A stretch of DNA of 64,000 bases, taken from assembly GCA_965644315.1 (NCBI GenBank), contig CBFFRQ010000013.1:1-64000 (forward strand). The letters run 5' to 3'. Shown piece after piece: positions 18,001-27,481 of the stretch. The stretch's first letter is position 1. The number at the start of each line of letters is the position of its first letter. Under the pieces are notes generated by a model. It was not told where the DNA came from and ran no database searches. It saw only the letters and a program-made list of their open reading frames with translations. Made by a program: the position numbers and the translations under genes. Origin of the DNA: Caecitellus pseudoparvulus. Taxonomy: Eukaryota > Protista > Bigyra: Bicosoecida.

Positions 18001-19832
18001 ACATCCCCCTCCGCTGCGAGGAACTCCCGTGCCACGGCGATGAGCACTGACCGTGTGTCCTTCATGGCACTCTGCGGCAGGAACACGGCACAGACGCCCA
18101 GTGCCTCCAGCACGCCCTTGCCTTCTGTCGTCGTGCCCAGGGCATCCAGCATCAGCACCACCGTGAGCACCCGCGCGAGAGCGGCGGCGTTCTGGCGCTG
18201 GGCATGCTCTGCTGCCCACACACCGCTCACAGTGTGCTCGTACTGCGCCTGCAGGTCTGCGTCGAAGGTGAGGTGGTGGTGGATGAACCGACGCAGGGCG
18301 CCGTACCCGCCATCCACCTCAGACGACGGCCCGAAGGGGATAGTCTCCCCCGTCACAGTCTCCAGCGCCACACGCAGGGCGGCAGGGTGGTAGTGGAAGA
18401 GAAGGTGCGTCAAGACATCCTTCAAGCCCAGGTCTGCGTGCAGGGGCTTGTCCTCCCGCACCCGCCAGCCACCCCCCTCGCACTCCCGTGCCACCGCCTC
18501 CGCCACCTCCTGCAGGGGACTGGCGTACAGCAGCTTCCACGCACGCTGCCTCACCCGGGCTGCAGCTTGGTGCCACTGCAGCGTGGCGGGCTGGCTGGTG
18601 CTGGCGTCTTCACCGGACCATGCCAGGCGCTGGAGGGGTGCGTCGTACAGCGCCGTGACGCCAAAGTCCCATTTGCCGCGCCACTTGGCAGACTTGTTCA
18701 GGGCGCCCAGGCCACCCTGGATGTCCAGCACGCACTGCCGCGGCGCGTGCTTGGCAGCTTGGCGCATGCCCCGCTGCATGCTGCGCGCGACGGAGCCAGA
18801 GGACGTGCTGCCGGCGCCGGCGCTAGCGCCACTGTCCAGCAGGTGTCGCAGCAGCCCGATGAAGGCCTGGGCCGCCTTGCCCCGCACAGCCTTGCCCAGG
18901 GACGTCCGCCCTCTGGGCTTGGCTGCAGGGGCATCAGAGGCTGCACTTGGCACGGCAGCCTCCTTGCTGCGCTTGATCTTGGAGGAGTACGCTGCTGCTG
19001 CCGCGGCCCGGCTGCCGCGCTTCTTCGCCAGCACCGACAGGCGAGGCGGGGCGACAGTTGTGCTGCTCGAGTCCACAGCTTTGTGGGTCTTGCGAGACAA
19101 GCGCTTAATCAAGGAAGCCCTAGGCTGCTTAAGCGCCTTCTCCTTTTGACTTTCAGTCTTATCAGGCACTTCAGTGCGGCCCTTTGGCCTTGCACCCACT
19201 GGACGGGCTGCTTTCGGGGCAGGGACCGTTGCGGAATTTGCAGCTCTGCTCGCCAGAGGCTGCCGACCACCTTCCTGTGAAGACACAGGCAAGGTAATGC
19301 AGTGGCAGGATGTCGTGTATGCATGCTTCCTTTCGTACAGCGCTTCTTCTGGGCGACTCAGGCACACCGAATGCACCTGCCCCACATAACGGACGCGGGG
19401 TTGGCGCGACAAACGATTTCCGCAACGTACCACGCAGCCGTTCACCTGCACTGGAAGCCGCCCGATTCCAGAGCCGCACACGTCGAAGGAGAGGCGCTGC
19501 TCCCCAGCTGTAGATGGCGTCCATGTCACGTGCAGCTGGGCAGAAGCCTCGCTGTCCACAAACAGGGACTGCGGAAGCACAAGCTGCCCGGCCGCGCCGC
19601 GCCGAGCCTTGCACGACACGGTGACACCCCGTGGGCCTGCGTTGTGCAGGGTGAGCACTGCAGAGCTTGACTTGTCCACAGCCAGCTTGTCTGTAAAGTT
19701 CAGAACCCCAGAAGCGAACTTTCGCAGGTTCAGGTGGCCGTCTGGCGCAGAAAGCGGCGCCGATGCTGCCGGCTTGCTTGCCGCTTCGCTGGCCTGGCCT
19801 CCAGGCGACAGGCACAGCACAACGGCCGCCAT
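15087..19832 (-). CDS. ASPM: Abnormal spindle / ASPM homolog
   Basis: N-terminal ASH-like Ig domain, CH domains (ALRDGSRLARLAE; DWSRSWADGRALCALL), many IQ motifs and C-terminal ARM-like LVRSCNRSAPH. Likely start 19832; likely in-frame intron(s) near 19270-19430. Confidence 0.9.
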   Translation of the reverse strand: MAAVVLCLSPGGQASEAASKPAASAPLSAPDGHLNLRKFASGVLNFTDKLAVDKSSSAVLTLHNAGPRGVTVSCKARRGAAGQLVLPQSLFVDSEASAQLHVTWTPSTAGEQRLSFDVCGSGIGRLPVQVNGCVVRCGNRLSRQPRVRYVGQVHSVCLSRPEEALYERKHAYTTSCHCITLPVSSQEGGRQPLASRAANSATVPAPKAARPVGARPKGRTEVPDKTESQKEKALKQPRASLIKRLSRKTHKAVDSSSTTVAPPRLSVLAKKRGSRAAAAAAYSSKIKRSKEAAVPSAASDAPAAKPRGRTSLGKAVRGKAAQAFIGLLRHLLDSGASAGAGSTSSGSVARSMQRGMRQAAKHAPRQCVLDIQGGLGALNKSAKWRGKWDFGVTALYDAPLQRLAWSGEDASTSQPATLQWHQAAARVRQRAWKLLYASPLQEVAEAVARECEGGGWRVREDKPLHADLGLKDVLTHLLFHYHPAALRVALETVTGETIPFGPSSEVDGGYGALRRFIHHHLTFDADLQAQYEHTVSGVWAAEHAQRQNAAALARVLTVVLMLDALGTTTEGKGVLEALGVCAVFLPQSAMKDTRSVLIAVAREFLAAEGDVVKHASALGFVPRYKQSPLQELPYALPRSVKDAQGLADALRDGSRLARLAEVLSGEAPLSLVARTIRVPLTSRTTKVRNMKTLAQCLSKEFGLPLDAARAEAVANGRPEAAMAAVWAMVAHWAMPLMTPPWRVRKEVVAVLHGKPTAKAAVLAAPAAGNTGCSLTSLLAGVSAPSDLLLLWSQAVAATQGVRVTDWSRSWADGRALCALLRNYFPGHIPASAVAADDASLPSSAAHKASRARITAACAAAANVGCVPLLFPACDASCPPPPRPVMMFVTFLASSLLASAAQSRAVLKLQSAWRARARASTLVAQHHRAVLQRCRLALAHGKVAAWASTLPARRATRLRRQASTTIQRTWRAVQRKWRLREAALITRLLAAGLRGRAAWAVRRVADDTAAVATKLQSWWRGMAPRRMLTTALSCTLHLQAVFRGRAARKQVAAARAAIVSLQSAFRRAAAQATVRRALDAVVRLQACWRMQLVLADHREQLEHTAGLVLLWTLRDWCVRRRFLAARAAASTLTAWTRQCIARKHVQQRQAAGESIARGLAPAFKQWVARRSTAAGHMQRLWRGVLGRRVASGVAAQHAAALCITDALRRWALCRRAAAAARLSAWFVGRAAIVRARRTLVQRREAALAVRTAVQGYCVRRRQARRELACRSAAAAYIARWWRRQRLGTCAEAAAQAVQRVWRGYVQRRQVASSAVAAELAAARRRIASAAVAASRSPANTLQARCAKALRTLKQSRSLAAVMRALLVLQSCTRLSVECCVQTGQQGGPALLLALVRSCNRSAPHQHVISTVLSILRNMASRAAARPSLSRCAEVMPVLVDVLQMFRDTLSIARPATRLQLVLATHEPHLAQRTANNRDAMKRLRSIHTIMARRAAMSARRAGGAVGTAGFGAGVVEDTFAEAAAAAIQEGGAAQSRRNVLLLAAAQALGCASHLEPCAASAVADVEELLRVLGKCSGPGAAQ

Positions 19833-20260
19833 GGTGAAGTGCGGGTCAGGCGCGCAACGTCCCTGTGCGGGATGGCCTGTGCACAGCTCCGTGGGAGTCG
19901 TTGGTGGTCTTATTTTTGCATGCAGTGGCGGGGTGTCTGTGTATGTGGCCGTCACACATGGTGCATCGCTGCGGCTGCTCACGTTCGCCTCCCAATTGAG
20001 ACGGGGACCACAAAGTGCATGGCGGCAAGTATGGAACCATGGCATGTTTCGTGCAGTCACTACGCTTCTGCAGCGTCACCCTCCACCGTTCCCTCGTCGC
20101 GGCACTGCTGCCATGTGGCAGAAGTTGATCACCTATCATCAGCGCCTGGCTTGCTCTTTTTTCCCCATCCCAAGCCGCAGACGCAAAACCCAAGACTTGT
20201 CCACGCCCAATCAAGTGCAGTTTTTTTTGTTGTTACCACTCCTTCTTTCTGCGTGGCGCC

Positions 20261-23200
20261 ATGTCGTCTGTGAGAAGCAGCAGGAGGTACCCTCCGCGGC
20301 AGGGTGCCGAGAAGGGTGCGTGCACTGCACGGCACATTCCGCGACTGCACTGCCTGGCAGCGATGTGCCCCACCCCGCGCGGCATCCGCACGCCCTTGAC
20401 TACGCTTCATGCCCCCTCGCAGCTGCAAACATCTCTGGCAGCTTCTTCGTGCGGGTGCGTGGCGGTGGCGGGTGAAGCGCCGCCAGGGCAGCGCAGTGCA
20501 CCCCACCACGCCTGCCTCACAGGTTGACAAGGCGTCAGGCCTTCCAGGCGTGGGCCTCATCGGTTCAGCGCCGGCAGCAGTGGCATGTGTGGCATTTGAT
20601 GGTATTGAACGGGTGTCCTCGTCTGTCAAGTCCCGCAACCCAGTGTGGGAGGACGCTGACTTTGCCTTCCCAGTCGCTCACTACTACGGGCAGGCGCAGC
20701 TGACTGTCACCATCCAGCAGGCAGGCGGCCTGCTGTCCAAGGCCACTCCCATTGGCAGTGTGAAGCTGCTTGCCGGTGACGTTGTGGGCGCCCAGCAAAG
20801 TGCTCTGACAAGTCTGTGCGCTCCTGGCGCAGGGGCAACTTCCGCAGCAGCAGCAGCCGCGCCTGCAGCAGGCAGCTCGCCTCCCTTGGACCCGCGCTGG
20901 CTGCAGCACGGCTCTGACCCGCTGGCCTACCATCGTGAACTGGAGTTGCGGGACGGCAGCAAGGTCGTGGGCACAGTCTCCCTCACCTGCTCCTTCGTGG
21001 GGGGCTCGCTGAATGCGCCGCTGGGGCCTCTGCGCATGAACCCTGCTCACCGAGCCTGCGCGGGCGGGCACGCCGACCTCCTGCGCCTCCTGGCCGTGTC
21101 CCACCGCTCCCAGCTCACAGGCTGGTGTGAGCAGCAAGCTGCTGGCATGTACCCTGCAGACTTCGCAGCGCGCGGCACCAGCCAGGGACACGTCCGGTGC
21201 CTGGTGGTGCTGGGGTTGCTGGGCACCGGCGGGCAGCTCAAGGTGTCTCGGCGCGACCTGCAGGACATGTCCGCCTCCGGCATCACCTCTGCCTTCACCA
21301 GCGTCGCGGTGCAGCAGTGCGCAGACACAGGAAGGGTGGGGGGCGCCGCCACCACCATGTGGCGTGCCACTGCCTCCTCCGTGCAGTCTGCCCTGCGCAT
21401 CTCCACGTCTAACCTGGACGGCAGCACCAACCTGCTGCACCGAGCGGCAGAGTCGGGGTACCTGCCTCTGCTGGTGCTGGCAACCTCCAGCACTCGCGCC
21501 CTGACCAGCCCCAACGAGGAGGGCTTCACACCCTTCGCCATCGCCGCCGCCCACGGCCACACCGCCACTCTGCGCAGCATGTTCTGGGAGCTGGTGGCCA
21601 AGGTGTCCTCAGGCGAGTCCCAGGATACCCAGCAGCACACCATGCTGACGCGCGCCAGCAACGCCGGCGTGACGCCCCTCATGCTGGCGGCCGGCGCGGG
21701 GCACGTGGAGACTGTGCAGGCGCTGCTGGCCATGGCGGACAAGGGCGCGCAGAGCTCCACTCTGCAGGCCGTGCTGCGGGCGGTGGACCACAAGGGCCGC
21801 CCCGCACTCATGTACGCGGCAGGGGGGCTGCATGACAGCCGCTCCTGCCGCATCGTCAAGGTGCTGCAGGCGGCCTCGTCTGGCCCTGAGCCACAGCCGG
21901 CAGGGGGCAGCAGCGCCCTGCTCATGGCGTGCCTGGCAGGGAACGTGGACACCGCCACTGCACTGCTGCAGGGGACCCAGGTGGCCCACGACGCAGTGCT
22001 GGCCACCGACGCCCTGGACAGGTCGCCCTTCGCAGTGGCGTACGTGGGTGCGCAGCAGGAGAAGGCGCGCGCCAAGGAGGGGGGCGGCTCACCCAGCACC
22101 ATGCCCTACACGCGCCTGCTGTCGGTGCTGAAGCGGGCGCTGACTGTAGACCAGGCGTGCACCGCAGAACACCACGCCCAGGACGTGTACAAGAATGTGC
22201 AGCTGCAACTGTACGGACTGCAGGAGGGGGGTGCGGCGGGGGATGTGCCGGCAGCCCCCGATGCCCCCCCCCTCACCACTGGGAACTCCCTCTCCCGTGC
22301 GCTGTCGTGCACTGTCATCGTGCTGGAAGATGCCGCGGCGGCTGGCGCGGAGACGGGCGCGCCTGGTCAGGGCGAGGGTGGCAGCGCTGAAGGCGCCCCA
22401 CTGCCGGGCAGCGCTGTGCCGCTGCCTGGCGCGGCGATGAAGGAGGAGGCACAACACGCGAGGGGGGGTGCCGCTGAGCACAAGCAGACAGTGCTGCCAG
22501 ACACTGAGGAGGAGGCTTATGGGTACGATGACGAGTACGAGTATGACGAGGAGGGCGAGGAGGATGGCGAGGGCGGGGGAGGCACGGAGGGGGGGGGCGA
22601 CGACCTGGACCTGCCCCCGCCGCCCTCCATGCACACCCTGGTCCGGCAGACCTCCGCCAGTGTCAAGGCTGTGCGGCAAGAACACGTGTTCCAGGAACAA
22701 GCCGCCGCCATCCGGCAGCTTGCAGGCGCAGTGAAGCTGCCCATCACGACGGCAGGTGTGCTGCTGCGGCACCACAAGTTCGACCCAGACGTCGCCTTTG
22801 CTGCGTACTCAGCGGACCCTGACGCCGCCCTGCGGGAGGCTGGAACCAGCAAGCCCACCGCCGACCACGCCCTGGACAGCTGGCTGGCAGGGGACGCAGC
22901 CGAGGAGCCGGAGGAGGAGTGCGAGGCGTGCCTGGATGACGTGCCCAAGTCCCGCCTCACACACGCCGGCTGCGGGCACCTCATCTGCCTGCCCTGCTGG
23001 AAGACATACTTGAAGGAGGCGGTGTCACGCAGTGGGCCGGACGTGGCGACGTCCTGCCACTGCCCCTGTGGCGGCTGCACCCACCGCATCGACGAGCTGA
23101 TGTGGAAGACGCTGGCGGACGAGGCCACCTACCGGCGGTACGAGCAGTTCCTCATCCGCTCCTTCATCAAGCTCTCGGACGACTACGTGTGGTGCCCACG

Positions 23201-25559
23201 GGACGGCTGCGACCGGGCCATCAAGTACAGCGGCGACCGCAGCGACCTGCTGTGCCCGACCTGTGGCTGGTTCTTCTGCAAGCTGTGCGCCAATCCTGCC
23301 CACGCCCCGGCCACCTGCCAGGAAGCCGAGCAGTGGCGGGAAGACAAGGACTCCCTGCACGACGTCGCCACGCGCCGACTGCTCATGAAGAACTACAAGC
23401 AGTGCCCCAAGTGCGGCATGTACCTGCAGCGCAGCGGCGGCTGCAACCACATGACCTGCAGCCAGTGCAAGCACCAGTGGTGTTACATGTGCAAGGGCGA
23501 CTGGTCCAAGCACGGCTCCCAGACGGGCGGGCACTTCAAGTGCAACATCTACGAGAAGGCCAAGAAGGAGCGCCCCGAGCTGTACATGTGGGAGGGCTAC
23601 TCAGAGGACGAGCTGAAGGTGCTCAAGTCCAAGGCCAACACGGAGCGCGAGCGCCTGTTCAACGACACGCAGCCGAAGGTGGCCGCCCACGAGGAGGGCG
23701 CCGTCATGTGCCACGACCGCCTGCAGGAGTTCCGCGACGAGCAGCAGGCGCTGGAGCTGCTGGACAGTATCACCTTTGCTTCGGACGTGACTGACGTGCA
23801 CTTGGATGAGCTGGTGCAGCAGGTGACACCCATGCCCAAAGTGCACTCGTACGGCACCTCGCTTTCCGAAGATGAGGTGAACGCCACACGGGCAGTCTGT
23901 GCCTGTGCCAGCGGTGACTCAATCAACGTGTTCGAGTTCAACGGGGAGGGCATTTCGCGCCCGGGGGGCAAGGGCAACGTCTTCCGGTGCACCAAGAGCA
24001 CGGGGGGGCCCTTCAATGTCTCCCTGCAAGTACCACTGTCCTCCAAGCTGCCGTACTTCCGCGTGACGGTGAAGCAGTTCGCACGCCTGCAGGCCGGCGC
24101 CCAGCTCATCGCAGGGCTGGGCAGCAAGAGCATGCACGTCAAGAACGAGCGAGTCGGCTTCGTGGAGGAGAGTCTGGGGTGGGCCGCCGTGTCGGGCGAC
24201 TTGCACTACGGCTCCAGCACCCCCCTGCGCGTGCCGGCGTACCCGACGGGTGGCTCTGCCACGTCATGGGACGCGCGGAACTCAGAGGTGGGCATCGGGC
24301 TGCTGCACGACAAGAGCCAGAGCCCACCCCTGCCTCGTGGCGTCGTCTTCGTGCTGAACGGCACCGTCGTGGCGCGCGTGCCTATTCGCTCTGCCGGCTG
24401 CTCCCTGCACCTGTACCCCACCCTCACCCTGGCCTGTGACGCGGCACAGGTGCGGGTGGACGTGGAGCGCTGCTTGCCCTCCTTCGTCAACGCTTCCGTG
24501 CAGGACATGCTACCCAACATCGCGCGCATCCTCGCCACCCGCGCCCGGCGCGCCCTGAACCTCTCCCGAGCGGCACAGGAGGACCGGGAAGCCAAGGAGT
24601 CTGCAGCAGCTGCCGCGGGGGCGGCGGCCTGGCACAGGGACGTCGGCCTGCTGCCCTCCCAGCAGCTGGCAGACGTGACGGCGGCGTCCCTGGAAGGCGG
24701 CCTGGGCATCGCAGCCCTGGAGGGGCAGGTGTGGGGGCGCACGGCTGCCACCCCCTCCCTGGCGGCCGTCGGCCTGCACGACTCCTCCCCCTCCCCCATG
24801 CCCTCCCCCATCACCGCCCCCTCCCCCCACGCTGGCCTGGATGCGCTGGATGCAGGGGAGTCCACGCCAGGGGCGTGGGCCGCCTCCCTCCTCAAGCGTG
24901 CCTCCAGCCGCCGATGGGCAGGGGCAGCTGCGCCTGGGGCGCCACCGCACACAGCGGCCAGCTCGGGGGCAGGCGACGCTGCGCCGTCAGCTCGCCTGGG
25001 CATGACCAAGGAGGACTTGCAGGACGTGTATTTGGGGGGCGGTGACGAGGCAGTGCACTTCAAGGCACGGGCACGGGCAGTGGCCATGGCTGCCGTGTCA
25101 GACGCGCTGTCCGCCCTCACGGAGTTCCACCACCTGGAAAAGTGGGTGGCAGTGCACATGATGTACATGGGCTCCACCTCCATGCTCAGCACGGCGCAGC
25201 GGCAGCAGCTGCAGCGCGCCCTCACAGCCGCCACCGCCGCCGCAGCCTTCAAGGACGACCAGGTGGGGGAGCACCTGGCAGGCGCCCTGGCCGGCCCCGC
25301 GACGCAGGTGCGCGTGGAGCAGTACAAGGAAATGCTGGACTTCAAGCTGTCCGCCCTGGCGCGGTACGCCGACTCGCTGTTCGAGCTGACGAACCCCGCC
25401 CGTGGCCTCATGAACTTGGACGTCGCCGAGCTGCGCCTGAAGGTGGACGGGCTGCGTGCCAACATCGCCGCACTGCAGCAGGAGATCGACCTGGAGAACG
25501 CTCTGCTGGGTGGCTCGGCAGTCATCGCGCAGATCCGAGGCAAGGGGGGCCGCAAGTGA
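20261..25559 (+). CDS. Ariadne-type RBR E3 ubiquitin ligase with N-terminal C2 and ankyrin domains and an inserted SPRY-like domain
   Basis: Two short 5' introns give MSSVRSSRRYPPRQGAEK-AANISGSFFVR-VDKASGLP (C2). Then ankyrin repeats, acidic tract, UBA-like, RING1 (CEACL...CGHLICLPCW), IBR and RING2 (CPKC...GGCNHMTCSQCKHQWCYMC). Confidence 0.9.
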
Positions 25560-25590
25560 GCGGTGGCACGGTGCACTGTATGCCTCTGCC

Positions 25591-26583
25591 TCACGTCCCA
25601 GCGCCACCCGCCGCAGCCGCCGCCGCCTGAGCCGCCTTGGCCACACCCCGAGCATGCATGTCCTGCAAATCCCGCACTCCCTTCAGGAAGGCAGTCAGGT
25701 GGCGGGCCGCCGCCTGTTCCCAGGGCTCCGAGTGGGGTGGCAGGCTGGCCAAGGCCGCTCGCCCACACCACTCGACTTCCACCTCCGGCACTGCCGTGGC
25801 TGCCAATGCATCCTGCAACGTCGCGCCACTGCGCACTTGCGTCAAGTCGTACCGCACCCGATGCCCGACGACGAACGAATGACGGTCCTTCACGCGCACG
25901 AACCCAGCGGGGGAGCGCCCCTGCCCGCTGTGCGGCAACTCCCGCTGCAGGCTGAAGCGCACTGGCCCCGCCACTGTCTTGGCTGCATGGTGTGGCTCGT
26001 CACGCTTGTGCAGACGGCGCTTGCGGATGAACGCCTCCTGCCCGCCCCCCTCCAGCGGCCGGCTGCCACGCACATTGCCCGTGTACGAGCAGTCCACTGT
26101 CACCTCGTGCGAAGTGGAGCTCCATTCCTGAGTGAGAGGCCGCGGTGACGTGCAGCTACGTTGGCCCAGCGCACCTCGCACTGCCTCACCCGGCACTCGC
26201 GCAGTTTTTGGAGCGTGTACTGGAACCCGGCAGGCTGGATGTCTTTCACACGGGCCTCCAACTCCAGCTCGGGATCCTCGCTTGCCCTGCCATAGGCACA
26301 GAAGATGCCATGCTGACAGGGAACACTGAACCGCTGCCGGGCGCCCCCAGCACTCACTGCGTAAGCCACTCGAGCAGCACTTGCTTCAAGTGCTGCCCTC
26401 GACCGTCCCTGTGCAAAGTGCCAGAGCCACGACGTGCTTAAATAAGAAGGGTGTCAGCTCCCTAAATACATCACAGATAGCTCACAGATTCTCACGCTTC
26501 GCTATCTGGGCCCGATGTGAGGCAGGATCTGGGGCCTGCGGGCTACGCTGCCGTTTCCGCCGCGTTTCGGACGCCGCGGCCAT
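25591..26583 (-). CDS. Stand-alone triphosphate tunnel metalloenzyme (Cet1/viral-type mRNA 5'-triphosphatase), 4 exons
   Basis: A spliced model with three GT-AG introns gives ELELEAR (motif A), RVKDRHSF, RYDLTQV and EVEVEW (motif C). Confidence 0.75.
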
Positions 26584-26777
26584 CACACCCCTGAAGCCCA
26601 GGGGACTCAACGCTCAAGACCAGTCGCTCAAACTCCAACGATCTCGCATTCACAGCATGCACACGGAAAGAATTTGATTTGTCTTGTACTTCCATCAATA
26701 CGCCGCGGGACGCCCGTGGCGCCTCCCTGCGCTGCGACACCTCTCACTCCGCCCTTGCGACTGCTGTGCTTGCCGTG

Positions 26778-27469
26778 ATGGCAGCAGAAACGCCCATCTC
26801 TGTGGAGGGGCTCCTGGAAGCCTGTGGCGCTTCTTCGCTGGACCAGGTTCGAAGCGTGAACTTCTGGGCCAAAAAGCTGACGAGCAAGCAGGTCCAGCAA
26901 ACCGTTGGGCAGTGCGCCAACTTGGAGGTGGCGTCCCTCTCCATCAACGAAGTGGACAGCCTGAAGGCGTTCAAAGGCAACACCCAACTGCAAGAGCTCT
27001 TCCTGCGCAAGAACAATGTCGCCGACATTCGGGAAGTCGGCCACTTGGCTGTGAGTTGCTTGTGTCAAACCTGGGCTCAATTTCCGCAGCACGCACCCCC
27101 CGCTTGCTCTGCCCCCAGGACTTGCCCCTACGTGTCCTGTGGCTGTCCGACAATCCCTGTGATCAACATGAGTTGTACCGCGAGCTGGTCGTGCGGCTGT
27201 GCCCCAAGCTGGTCAAACTGGACAAGACAGACGTCACGGCTGAGGAGCGAGCCAAAGTGAAGGAGGGCGTGAACCCTCGCTTGGATGCATTGGCGCAGGA
27301 GGCACTGGCGTTCGCAGCTGGAGGCGCTAGGCCCGATGCAAGCCCTGCGCCTTCGTCTCCAGCAGCGCCCAGTGCAGTGCTGCAAGCCGTCATGACGCTG
27401 CTGCCGCTCCTGTCCAAGCCCCAGCTGCAGAGCGTGGGGGAGGCTGCAGCGAAACTCAGCAGCGAGTGA
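26778..27469 (+). CDS. CFAP410: Cilia- and flagella-associated LRR protein 410 (C21orf2); intron 27051-27118
   Basis: VRSVNFWA, NLEVASLSIN, LQELFLRKN, LRVLWLSDNPC...YR..V...LVKLD, C-terminal VLQAVMTLL. Confidence 0.85.
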
Positions 27470-27481
27470 CGGGGGAGGCGG

